NCBI GenBank assembly: GCA_023379265.1
Contig: JAMCUI010000012.1
Location: 27,936 to 91,935, forward strand
Reading direction: 5' to 3'
Source: Patescibacteria group bacterium
GTDB taxonomy: Bacteria > Patescibacteriota > Microgenomatia > 2-02-FULL-39-11
DNA length: 64,000 nucleotides
Shown one piece after another: positions 40,179 through 49,329 of the stretch. Each line of letters opens with the position of its first letter. The stretch's first letter is position 1. Under the pieces are notes generated by a model that saw nothing but the letters and a program-made list of their open reading frames with translations, made no database searches and was not told the origin of the DNA. The position numbers and the translations under genes are program-made.

Positions 40179-41150
40179 ATGAACAAGTACTTGCTTTTGT
40201 CATGCGGGTTTGTAGTACTGCTTGTAATCGTTTTTTTCTCCTTCACCCTCATCTTTTCTCCGCCTAAAGCAGCCGCCCAGAACTATCTCTTTGGTTCAAC
40301 CGGCGGGAATTTCTTCATCAAGCCCAGTGGCGGCAGCAATGTTTTCCAGATGGACTCAACGGGTCACATCTCAGTTGCCACAATCAACGCTTCAAATCTA
40401 TCTTCAGGAGCATTCGGTTCAAATACCGGCGGGGGCAACTATTCGTTCTCCGGCAACGTTGGTATTGGAACTGTAACACCTGGATATAAGCTTGACGTAC
40501 AAGGAGGAGATATTAATGTGAGTGGTAATCTGCGTGAGGCAGGATCAGCTTTATCTGGGAAATATGCTTATGTAGGAGGAGGAAATGCCTTGGGCACCTG
40601 GGGGATAAATGTCACGGGAAATGCCGCCACTGTAACAAATGGTATCTACACCACCAATATCGGCAGTTATGCTCCTTCACTCACAGGAAGCGGAGCCTCA
40701 GGTACGTGGGGAATAAATGTCACAGGTAGCGCCGGCAGTGTTGCCTGGGGAAACGTTTCTGGCAAACCATATCCTATCAATGGACAAAGCTGGAACTGGT
40801 CTGGCCAAGGCGGCCAGCCCACCTGGCTATGGGGAAGCAATGATGGTACAAATATGTATGTTTGGAATCCAAGTAATTTCAGCGTGAATAATGCCCTACA
40901 TTCTGCAACGATGGTTTGGGGCTTTAATGTTGGTCATGCCGTATGGACAACCGCAACTTGTCCTGCAGGACAAACTATTATAAGTGCCAAAAATATTGGT
41001 TATGGAAACTGTGACTGGAATCCTGGATGGTGTCACCAGAATTTCTCCGGTTCCAGCGTTAATCAACGTGAAGATTGCAAGGGCGCAACTAGTTGTAGTC
41101 AAATATCATGGGGGTGTTCGGGTAATTGCATAAATATAGTCTGTGATTAG
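40179..41150 (+). CDS. Secreted tail-fibre-like protein with a Cys-rich C-terminal domain
   Basis: Signal peptide; GNVGIGT..P.YKLDV.G; two GTWGINVTG repeats; WNWSGQGGQPTWLWG.NDG.NMYVWNP; C-terminal domain with 8 Cys. Confidence 0.7.
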   Translation: MNKYLLLSCGFVVLLVIVFFSFTLIFSPPKAAAQNYLFGSTGGNFFIKPSGGSNVFQMDSTGHISVATINASNLSSGAFGSNTGGGNYSFSGNVGIGTVTPGYKLDVQGGDINVSGNLREAGSALSGKYAYVGGGNALGTWGINVTGNAATVTNGIYTTNIGSYAPSLTGSGASGTWGINVTGSAGSVAWGNVSGKPYPINGQSWNWSGQGGQPTWLWGSNDGTNMYVWNPSNFSVNNALHSATMVWGFNVGHAVWTTATCPAGQTIISAKNIGYGNCDWNPGWCHQNFSGSSVNQREDCKGATSCSQISWGCSGNCINIVCD

Positions 41151-42074
41151 TTGTTTCTCAACATTAGGATGCGAAGTAAAATGACATCGTTGAAATTCTG
41201 GATACCAACCTTAGTTGTTATATTTTTATTAGGATACTTTTCGTCTAAGGTATTCAAGTTACAAAAAAGATCGGGGTTACCTATTTCCCCTAATATTCTC
41301 TACTTCACTTCTCCAACTACTTCATTTGTCGGTAGAGTGGAAAAAGTAGAAGGCAATATTGTTACTGTAAGTCAGGAACTAACCATAATAGAACCAACAC
41401 CTGTCCTCAACCCGAACCAACCTCCTCCTCCTATTCCCACCCCAATAAGACAAATCATCACTTACAAGATTGAAGTTACAAAAGATACTACAATCAGCCG
41501 TCCTCCATTAATGATAAATTACCTTTTTGTCACCCCAACTCCAATACAACCTCCACGATTTTCTATCCCTGACATTCAAAATGGCCAGACAATTACTATT
41601 TTAACCAACAGTGACCTTCGAATCCTTCAGGGAAACAAAGTTGTGGCAGAATCGATTCAATTACCGGCAATCAGCAATGCTCAAAATGGAACAATTACTA
41701 AAGTTGAAGGAAATATTATTACTTTACAAGCTTATAGTCCCACATCTCCAAATCCAGTTGGAAATATTGCACCATTACAAAGGCGCCAATATTTTATAAC
41801 TGTAACAAAGGATACAGAGGTATCCCAAATATCAAAATCGTCTACTCCAGAAAAATTTTCCTTGTCCGACCTCATGCCCGGCATGCAGATCAATGTGTAT
41901 ACCGACCAGGATATTACGACTACCGATCATCTTACCGCTCTTCGCATCGAGCCGCTACTCTCAAATCCACTCCCGCTTCTTGGAACTTCGTCTTCTCCTC
42001 AAAGTACCCCCTCCGCAACATCAAGTGTTCCAACTGTCCCAACAGCAACTACCCAACTGTCAACTTCCCGATGA
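41151..42074 (+). CDS. Membrane-anchored protein with two tandem beta-rich repeats
   Basis: TM; duplicated G.(V/I).KVEGNI.T...Y.I.VTKDT units; Pro-rich linkers. The start may be a downstream ATG. Confidence 0.65.
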   Translation: MFLNIRMRSKMTSLKFWIPTLVVIFLLGYFSSKVFKLQKRSGLPISPNILYFTSPTTSFVGRVEKVEGNIVTVSQELTIIEPTPVLNPNQPPPPIPTPIRQIITYKIEVTKDTTISRPPLMINYLFVTPTPIQPPRFSIPDIQNGQTITILTNSDLRILQGNKVVAESIQLPAISNAQNGTITKVEGNIITLQAYSPTSPNPVGNIAPLQRRQYFITVTKDTEVSQISKSSTPEKFSLSDLMPGMQINVYTDQDITTTDHLTALRIEPLLSNPLPLLGTSSSPQSTPSATSSVPTVPTATTQLSTSR

Positions 42075-42086
42075 CATTTTTCTTTT

Positions 42087-45059
42087 TTACTGCCAGGCTT
42101 CGCAGATAAGCCGGAAATCACAAAAATCACACCATGGTCCCACCTTTGGCTCAAAAGCGCTGATTGAGATTTCCTGTGCTTTTCCCAAAAGATCTTCTCT
42201 TGCTTGTACCAACTGCTCCTCTGACCTGGTTGATGACACTTTCTCATACTGGTCAAAAAAATAAAAGGAAAGTATGACATCTTCAGCTTTTTTGTTATAT
42301 ATACCCCTGTCAGTAGCCGCAAGTGCATAAACCGTCATTTGAAGATTTTCCCTGATCTCTTTTTCCGTTGGCCTTCTGCCTGTCTTATAATCTATGACCT
42401 CTATCTTGCCTTCGGAAGTAATATCCACCCGGTCAATTTTGCCGCCTATTGCCAGTGTCGGACTTAGCCTTATCTTGAAAACCTGTTCCAAACTTTGCGG
42501 GATAATTTCCGGATTATAGAATTTCTCAAAAAAGTTAGTCAGCATTTCCCTGCCTCTTTCTTTCATCCTATCCTCGTATTGCCTACTGCCGTAACCCACA
42601 GGCAACCATACCTCATCAAGTATCTTTAATAATTTCTCCTTATCCAGTTTCTCGCCCCGTTTGATCCTTTCATAAAAAGTCTGCAGCGCCTCATGCATAG
42701 AAGATCCAAAAGATCCGGCCGCACTTGGAGGAACTGGAATTTTCAATATATATCTGTATTTATACTGCAAAGGGCAAGTGGTAAAAGTATCAATTTGTGA
42801 ATATGAAAGATAGTTTATAGGCTGACGTATGGGATTTCGCGGCAACTCTTCCACTTTTTTCCACTCCAAAAGAGTCAACTGCTTTATTTTCTCCTTTGAA
42901 GAATTTTTGCCTAGCATCGCCAAATCAATATCCAACGTCTCCCCGACAAAAGTGGAAATTTTTCTCTCCCTTTTGCCTTCTCCGTAATAATTGGCTGCAG
43001 AAAGTATAAACCTATCACGGGCACGGGTCACACCTACATAAAAAAGCCTTCTTTCTTCCTCCAGATGATAATCCCCCTCAGGTAAAATCTCTTTTACCAA
43101 CTCATCGGGTATGGGTATCTTTTCCCGTCGCTCTGTTGTAGGAAATCTTCCCGCCACAAGATTTACCAGAAATACATTTGGAAATTCCAGGCCCTTGCTT
43201 GAATGCACTGTCAATATATTTACGGCGTCATTTTCCATCCAGTCGACATCAGCCGCCAGCGGACTCTCTCCCAACTCCATGGACATGTTTATCCAGTCGA
43301 TAACGGCCTGCACACTGGCATCATCATGCCCTGCTTCAAAACTCTTCAATTTATTGAAAAATTTTGAAATGTTTTGTGCAGTCCTTTCTTCCTTAACTGA
43401 TTTATATTCTGTAAACTGGCGCAGAAGACCGGCATCCTCAAGGAAAAAATAAAGTATCTGCCCGGCAGTCTCAGTCTTTACCAGTTTCAGATGGCGCTCT
43501 ACCATTTCTGTCAATTTTGCCAATTTCTCCTTTGTCTGGATACTTATGAATGGCAGAAAATTTCCGTAATTTTTTTCCATACTCCAATGATCTTTATCTC
43601 CTTTATGGTAAGCAACTACCGCTTCAATCGCCTCAAAAGTAGAAAGACCGACCCGCCTGGCAAAATTGTTTATGGATGAAAGATCACGGATGTTTATGCC
43701 AAATATCGGCATGGAAAGTACACGGTAAACTGCTACAGAATCAGAAATATCAGACAAAAGAGTCAGGTATGCAATAAGGTCTTTTATCTCAGGCTGCCGG
43801 AAAAGCATCCCCGGCCCCAAGAATTGATAAGGAATACCGGCTCTCACAAGCCCCCTGACAAAAGGCTCTGCCTGGCTGTTAGCTCTTATCAGTACGGCAA
43901 AATCCTTCCAATCATATACCTCTTCATCTTTTTCATCCTTACAACTTTTTTTAATATATTTTATTTTCTTTACCACCTCTTCCACTTCATCCTCCACTCT
44001 TTCCTCCCGGATAAATTCAATTTTCTCCCCTTTCAGTTTCCTTGCCGAGACAAGCTTCTTATCGAATTTTTCTTTTACCTCCAGCCTGTCGGGATTATTG
44101 AATTGGATTAATTTATACGCACTATCCAAAATCTCTTCAGATGAGCGGTAATTTTCCGTCAGGACAACCATTTTTGCTTTTGGAAATCGGCTCCTGAATT
44201 GGATTATGTTTGAGATAGCAGCTCCGCGCCAACGGTATATCGCCTGATCATCATCCCCCACGACAGTAATATTTTTTCCTCTGCCGGCAAGAAGTATTGC
44301 CAATTCATTTTGGGCAAAATTGGTATCCTGAAACTCATCTATCAATATATATTTGAACTGTTCCTGATAGTGTCGCAAAATGTTTTGTCTTTTGCGGAAT
44401 AGCAAAAGCGTATTGCTTATAAGATCGGAAAAATCCATCACTCCTTCTTTCACCTTCAACTCTTCATAAGTCCTGTAAGCGTTTGCCAATTCAATATATT
44501 TATCAGTGCTCACCTTTTCTTCCTCACTTTGTTCCCTGTTCCCTGCTCTTTGTTTATTAGCCCACTTAATATATTGACTAGGCTCCACGTCTTCATCTTT
44601 CAATCTCTCAAAATGCTGCAGCATACCTTCTATGAATTTTGTCGGGTTCCCAAGAGGCCTGAAATAATTTAAGGCAAAGCGGAATAGGTTCTTCCTGAAA
44701 AAAATGATGCTTTCAGCCTGCGTCATCAGTTTGTATCCTGGGTCAAGTCCTATCTCAAGAGCTTCCTGCCGCAATATTTTTTCCCCAAATGAATGGAAAG
44801 TAGTAATAAACATTTGTGTATATCCATATGGCATGGCAATATCCACTCTTTCCTCCATCTCTTTTGCGGCTTTATCAGTAAAAGTCAAAGCCAGAATTTC
44901 TACAGGTTTGGCCAGATTTTTTGAGATAAGCCACTTTATCCTCTCGGTAATAACAGTTGTCTTTCCTGTTCCGGCTCCGGCAATTATAAGAAGAGGGCCC
45001 ACGCCATGACGAACTGCCTGAGATTGTTTCTTATTTAGTTTTCTGAAATCCATCTTCAT
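42087..45059 (-). CDS. UvrD-type helicase fused to a PD-(D/E)XK nuclease (AdnAB/AddAB-like)
   Basis: AGAGTGKT, DEFQD, NYRS; C-terminal LSYSQ..TCP, GKIDRVD, IDYKTG, CDFCDFRLIC. Confidence 0.9.
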   Translation of the reverse strand: MKMDFRKLNKKQSQAVRHGVGPLLIIAGAGTGKTTVITERIKWLISKNLAKPVEILALTFTDKAAKEMEERVDIAMPYGYTQMFITTFHSFGEKILRQEALEIGLDPGYKLMTQAESIIFFRKNLFRFALNYFRPLGNPTKFIEGMLQHFERLKDEDVEPSQYIKWANKQRAGNREQSEEEKVSTDKYIELANAYRTYEELKVKEGVMDFSDLISNTLLLFRKRQNILRHYQEQFKYILIDEFQDTNFAQNELAILLAGRGKNITVVGDDDQAIYRWRGAAISNIIQFRSRFPKAKMVVLTENYRSSEEILDSAYKLIQFNNPDRLEVKEKFDKKLVSARKLKGEKIEFIREERVEDEVEEVVKKIKYIKKSCKDEKDEEVYDWKDFAVLIRANSQAEPFVRGLVRAGIPYQFLGPGMLFRQPEIKDLIAYLTLLSDISDSVAVYRVLSMPIFGINIRDLSSINNFARRVGLSTFEAIEAVVAYHKGDKDHWSMEKNYGNFLPFISIQTKEKLAKLTEMVERHLKLVKTETAGQILYFFLEDAGLLRQFTEYKSVKEERTAQNISKFFNKLKSFEAGHDDASVQAVIDWINMSMELGESPLAADVDWMENDAVNILTVHSSKGLEFPNVFLVNLVAGRFPTTERREKIPIPDELVKEILPEGDYHLEEERRLFYVGVTRARDRFILSAANYYGEGKRERKISTFVGETLDIDLAMLGKNSSKEKIKQLTLLEWKKVEELPRNPIRQPINYLSYSQIDTFTTCPLQYKYRYILKIPVPPSAAGSFGSSMHEALQTFYERIKRGEKLDKEKLLKILDEVWLPVGYGSRQYEDRMKERGREMLTNFFEKFYNPEIIPQSLEQVFKIRLSPTLAIGGKIDRVDITSEGKIEVIDYKTGRRPTEKEIRENLQMTVYALAATDRGIYNKKAEDVILSFYFFDQYEKVSSTRSEEQLVQAREDLLGKAQEISISAFEPKVGPWCDFCDFRLICEAWQ

Positions 45060-45092
45060 ATATATTGATAAGACTTATTACCAATGATAGGA

Positions 45093-46136
45093 TTATTCTC
45101 CCTGACTTTTTTGTCTATTCTTATTTTCTTCAACATCACTCAATGATTGGACACTTTTCAATTTCTGCCCAAGAAGAGTAAAGCTTGAGGAGACATTATT
45201 CATCTGGTTATATGCGTTAGTCAGATGACGGTTTAACACATTTAGGTTATCTTCAATCCTGAGATAATCTTTCTGCACAGCTTTTATTGTTAGAAGTATT
45301 TGCCTGGCTTGTTTCTCGATTCTTTGTCCCTCAAATGACATAAGGATTGCCCGCATATAAGCATAAAATGTCATCGGGGACACGGGCAGTATCCTTTTCT
45401 CAGCGGCATAATCATAAAGACGGGGATTATTCACCACTTCATAATATACTGCTTCGCTGGGAAGATACATGAGAGCATAATCTATCGTTCCCTCATCAGT
45501 CAGTATATATTTTTGGGAGATATCATCGATATGCTTCTTGACGCTTTTTTCAAAAATCTGTCCGGCACTTTTCCTCTCTTCATCATTTTTTGCCTCGGTT
45601 ATCCGACGGAAACTCTCCATAGGAAATTTAGAATCAATTGGGATAATACCATTTGCCGTTGTAACTGCCGCATCCACTGTCGCTCCCGACCTGAATGAGT
45701 ACTGCAGATGGAAAGATTGTTTGGGCAGCATCTGGGAAAGAATCTCTTTGAGTATATGTTCACCTATATTACCGCGAAGTTTTGGACTTTGCAGAAATTC
45801 CTGCAAATCTTTCATGCTACGTCCAATCTCGCTCATCTCACCTATGTTTTTCTGGACGCCCGCAATAAATTTTGCTGCATTATCCAGCCGTTCATTCATA
45901 TCACGGGTGGAAGACTGTAGGGTAGAAACGATATTTTTATTCTGCTGGTCAATCCGAAAGTTTGTACTTTTCAGCCACTCCAATATCTCCTCTGACGGCT
46001 TTTGCCTTTTCTCAAATTCATCAATAAATCTTTTCAAAAGGAAAATAATAATCAGGAAAAATGCGGCAATAACGGATAGAAGAATAAAAAGATTCACCTG
46101 GTTCATAAAAAACTGGGAAAAATAATTGGATTTCAT
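45093..46136 (-). CDS. rmuC: DNA recombination protein RmuC
   Basis: KLRGNIGE, IDSKFP, KHIDDISQKYI, DYALMYLPSE, VSP.T. Confidence 0.92.
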   Translation of the reverse strand: MKSNYFSQFFMNQVNLFILLSVIAAFFLIIIFLLKRFIDEFEKRQKPSEEILEWLKSTNFRIDQQNKNIVSTLQSSTRDMNERLDNAAKFIAGVQKNIGEMSEIGRSMKDLQEFLQSPKLRGNIGEHILKEILSQMLPKQSFHLQYSFRSGATVDAAVTTANGIIPIDSKFPMESFRRITEAKNDEERKSAGQIFEKSVKKHIDDISQKYILTDEGTIDYALMYLPSEAVYYEVVNNPRLYDYAAEKRILPVSPMTFYAYMRAILMSFEGQRIEKQARQILLTIKAVQKDYLRIEDNLNVLNRHLTNAYNQMNNVSSSFTLLGQKLKSVQSLSDVEENKNRQKSQGE

Positions 46137-46266
46137 TCTAACATTAAAAAGGCTAAAATGTAATTAGCCATCCTTGCGAGTTAGATAATTTCTACTGAGA
46201 GCTTTTAATTTCCAGGACCCATAAATTCAGTTAAAAAAACTTAAACATTTCCGTCATAATTACTCT

Positions 46267-46572
46267 ATGCATAGAAAAAATAGAAGAAAACTCATTTCCA
46301 GGACGGCAATTACCATAACTATCTTTCTCCTTTATGTAAATATTTTTCCTCCAGAAAGTCCATTTTCATTTCTAGGTTTCTATCTACTTGCTACGCTAAC
46401 ACTCTTTTTTTTCTTTATGATTTTTCTGGACTCAAAAAGCCAGTCAATCCTTTGGTCTTTAACCATTATCACCTTTCTTATACTGCGGCAATTTCATCTG
46501 GAGAATGTTTTAAATATTCTTATCCTAGCCAGTCTTGCCGTGACCCTGGCAATATATTTCAGTAAAAGCTGA
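46267..46572 (+). CDS. Small multi-TM membrane protein
   Basis: Four hydrophobic segments; CATAAT lies just upstream of the ATG. Confidence 0.65.
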   Translation: MHRKNRRKLISRTAITITIFLLYVNIFPPESPFSFLGFYLLATLTLFFFFMIFLDSKSQSILWSLTIITFLILRQFHLENVLNILILASLAVTLAIYFSKS

Positions 46573-46592
46573 AACTTTTAGAGCTTCATTTA

Positions 46593-46620
46593 TTGACAAT
46601 CATTTGAAATATGCTATATT
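46593..46620 (+). promoter_or_regulatory. Promoter of the Met leader (probably leaderless)
   Basis: TTGACA, 16 nt, TATATT with a TG extension; ATG lies 7 nt after the -10. Confidence 0.7.
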
Positions 46621-46627
46621 TAGTAAA

Positions 46628-46675
46628 ATGACGATTCAATCTTCCGTTATGATGGACATGATGCTTGCTTCCTAG
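46628..46675 (+). CDS. Met-rich leader peptide MTIQSSVMMDMMLAS
   Basis: Codon run ATG ATG GAC ATG ATG; followed by an antiterminator arm and a terminator; upstream of the metG operon. Confidence 0.82.
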   Translation: MTIQSSVMMDMMLAS

Positions 46676-46700
46676 CGGAGGTTTTTTATTGTGAAAATTT

Positions 46701-46723
46701 GACCTCCGCAAGGAGGTTTTTTT
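46701..46723 (+). terminator. Attenuator terminator of the Met leader
   Basis: GACCTCC-GCAA-GGAGGTT followed by a T-run. Confidence 0.85.
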
Positions 46724-46764
46724 ATGCAATTCTTGCTGATACAAAGTGAGACATAGAAATGCAT

Positions 46765-46793
46765 AATCCGCCGAAGATTTAGCGAGGGCGGAT
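46765..46793. repeat. REP-like palindromic repeat, copy 2
   Basis: AATCCGCCGAAGATTTAGCGAGGGCGGAT; 27/29 identical to 11148-11176. Confidence 0.8.
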
Positions 46794-46804
46794 GGATAAA
46801 TATC

Positions 46805-47560
46805 ATGTATAAATTAATTACGGTTACAACTGATTTCGGAGACCAGTTTGCTGCCGCCCAACTAAAGGCGATAATTGCTGTTTTGGGTTTCGATGGTGAA
46901 ATTATCGAAAACCACAGTGTTTCCTCTTTTTCTATTGCTGAAGGAGCTTTCCAAATTAATCTTATCTCAAAATTTTCTCCCTCAGGCACAGTACATTTAG
47001 GAGTAATTGATCCTGGAGTTGGAAGCAATAGAAGAGGAATTATAGTAAAGACAAAAAACTTCTGGTTTGTCGGACCTGACAACGGCTTATTGTATCCGGC
47101 AATTGAAAATGATGGAATTGAAAACTCATGGGTTTTAAGTGAAAACAAAATCAGCCAAAAAGTATCAAGCACTTTCCACGGCCGGGACGTATTTATAAAA
47201 GCTGCAGTTTATGCCGCACAGGGCAAACGCCCAGAAAATTTCGGGTGCTGCCCAGTTAGCAACAACTCGTTAAAGAAAATTAATTTCAGGACCGGCCAGG
47301 TACTTCATATAGATTCTTTTGGCAATATCAAAATATACTGGCCAAACGAGATTACGGTCGGAAGAAAATTGCTTATTAAAAATAAAAAAATCCGGCTGGA
47401 ACTTCCGATAGTAAAAACTTTCTCCGATGTACCACAAAACAGTCCCCTTGCAATTATTGGAAGTAGTTATACTCTGGAGCTGGCCGTAAATTTGGGTAAT
47501 GCCGCGGCATTTTTGGGCATAAATAATACTGATATTTTGGATATTGCGTATAAACCCTAA
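46805..47560 (+). CDS. SAM hydroxide adenosyltransferase / SAM-dependent halogenase family (DUF62)
   Basis: TTDFG, HLGVIDPGVGS.R, VGPDNGL, SSTFHGRDVF, IDSFGN, LELAVN.G.A. Confidence 0.9.
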   Translation: MYKLITVTTDFGDQFAAAQLKAIIAVLGFDGEIIENHSVSSFSIAEGAFQINLISKFSPSGTVHLGVIDPGVGSNRRGIIVKTKNFWFVGPDNGLLYPAIENDGIENSWVLSENKISQKVSSTFHGRDVFIKAAVYAAQGKRPENFGCCPVSNNSLKKINFRTGQVLHIDSFGNIKIYWPNEITVGRKLLIKNKKIRLELPIVKTFSDVPQNSPLAIIGSSYTLELAVNLGNAAAFLGINNTDILDIAYKP

Positions 47561-47581
47561 TGGATATATTTCAAATTCTTT

Positions 47582-47896
47582 ATGAAAAGCATAAGTAAAT
47601 TTTCAATAAAAGAAACCAGCAAATCTTTTCAAGGGCCGTGGGACCCCAAAAATCTTACCGAAATTTCTGGTAAAATCCTACGTATTGCTAAGTTTGAAGG
47701 AAGATACGGCGATACTCTCCATACCCATAAATATGACGAATTTTTCCTTGTCTTGAAAGGGAAAATTGAAATTATCACGGAAATAGGTAAAATTAGACTA
47801 TGTCCGCTGGAAGGGACTATTATCCCAAAAGGCATTCAACACCAGCCCTTTGCCAAAAAGCCTGCACTGGTTTTAATGTTAGACCCTAAAAATTAA
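47582..47896 (+). CDS. Cupin domain protein
   Basis: H.H..DEFFLVL.G ... IPKG..H.P. Confidence 0.85.
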   Translation: MKSISKFSIKETSKSFQGPWDPKNLTEISGKILRIAKFEGRYGDTLHTHKYDEFFLVLKGKIEIITEIGKIRLCPLEGTIIPKGIQHQPFAKKPALVLMLDPKN

Positions 47897-47898
47897 CT

Positions 47899-49329
47899 AT
47901 GATTAAATTTTACCTTACAAGTGCAATTCCCTATGTCAACGCCGCTCCCCACATCGGCCATGCACAGGAATTTGTCTATTCTGATACCGTCAGAAGATAC
48001 AGAAAACTAAAAGGAGAAGATGTCACATATCTTTGCGGAGCCGATGAAAATGCTCTAAAAATTGTCCAGGCGGCGGAAAAGAAAAAACAAGACCCCCAGA
48101 CTTTCTGCAATGTACATCAAAAGGAGTTTCTTAACCTGGCAGAGAAACTCAACGTGAAATTTGACATATGGCAAAGGGGAACAGACCGCAAACATCACTT
48201 TCCCGCCTCACAAAAGCTTTGGGAACTTTGCGACAAAAAAGGAGATATCTATAAAAAGACATATACCGGTCTGTATTGTGTGGGCTGTGAAACTTTTTAT
48301 ACGCCTGATGAGTTGGACGGGAAAGGAGAATGTTTTGAACATCCTGGCAAAAAACTTGATAATGTATCAGAAGAAAATTATTTTTTCAAACTTTCCCGCT
48401 ACCAGAAATTTCTGGAAGATTTGATTAAAACAAATAAATTAAAAATCTTTCCAGAAATCCGCAGAAATGAAGCTTTTGCTTTTATAAACCGCGGGCTTGA
48501 AGACTTCTCTATCTCCCGTAGCAGACAACGCGCCAAAAATTGGGGAGTACCGGTACCGGATGACCCCAACCAGATTATGTATGTCTGGTTTGACGCCCTG
48601 AATATTTACCAGAGCGGCATTGGGTTGGGCTGGGATGAGAAGAAATTCAGAAAATGGGCTCCCCAGGATGCTATGATTATTGGTAAAGGAATATTGCGTT
48701 TCCATGCGGTATACTGGCCGGCAATTTTGCAGTCGGCCGGACTACCGCTTCCTCAAACTCTCTTTGTCCACGGTTATATGACCGTTGACGGCCAAAAAAT
48801 GTCCAAAACTGTTGGCAACGTTGTTGATCCAGTTGAAATTCTGGAAAAGTACAATAGTGATTCCTTAAGGTACTATCTTTTACGCGAAATTCCCTCTTAT
48901 TCCGACGGGGATTATTCAGAAAGGAGATTTAAGGAGCTTTATAACTCCGACCTGGCTAACGGATTGGGTAATCTCGTGGCAAGAGTGGCCCGACTGGCGG
49001 AAAAGACAGAGGTGCTTCAAATACATAAATTCTCATTTAATGAACGAGCCGCAGGAAATTTCCAAAAAAATCTGGAAGAATACCGGTTCAATGATGCGAT
49101 TGAAATTATCTGGAATAAAATCAAAGAAGCCAATCAACATATTGACACAAATGAACCATGGAAATTGACAGAGAAAGGCCTCACGTCATTTCTAAATGTT
49201 TCAGCCAACAGAATTGTCGAAATTGCCACTCTCTTGCAACCGTTTCTGCCCCAGACTTCAAAAAAAATTCTCGACCAGTTCCAGTCAAAAGAAATTAGAT
49301 CACAACCGCCTTTGTTTCCCAGATTATGA
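47899..49329 (+). CDS. metG: Methionyl-tRNA synthetase (short form)
   Basis: AIPYVN..PHIGH, YCVGCE, YVWFDAL, GK.ILRFH, KMSKT.GN. Confidence 0.96.
   Translation: MIKFYLTSAIPYVNAAPHIGHAQEFVYSDTVRRYRKLKGEDVTYLCGADENALKIVQAAEKKKQDPQTFCNVHQKEFLNLAEKLNVKFDIWQRGTDRKHHFPASQKLWELCDKKGDIYKKTYTGLYCVGCETFYTPDELDGKGECFEHPGKKLDNVSEENYFFKLSRYQKFLEDLIKTNKLKIFPEIRRNEAFAFINRGLEDFSISRSRQRAKNWGVPVPDDPNQIMYVWFDALNIYQSGIGLGWDEKKFRKWAPQDAMIIGKGILRFHAVYWPAILQSAGLPLPQTLFVHGYMTVDGQKMSKTVGNVVDPVEILEKYNSDSLRYYLLREIPSYSDGDYSERRFKELYNSDLANGLGNLVARVARLAEKTEVLQIHKFSFNERAAGNFQKNLEEYRFNDAIEIIWNKIKEANQHIDTNEPWKLTEKGLTSFLNVSANRIVEIATLLQPFLPQTSKKILDQFQSKEIRSQPPLFPRL

Noticed and set aside
39821-42074. Prophage
   Set aside because: No integrase, terminase, capsid or portal genes; the fibre-like protein has a signal peptide.
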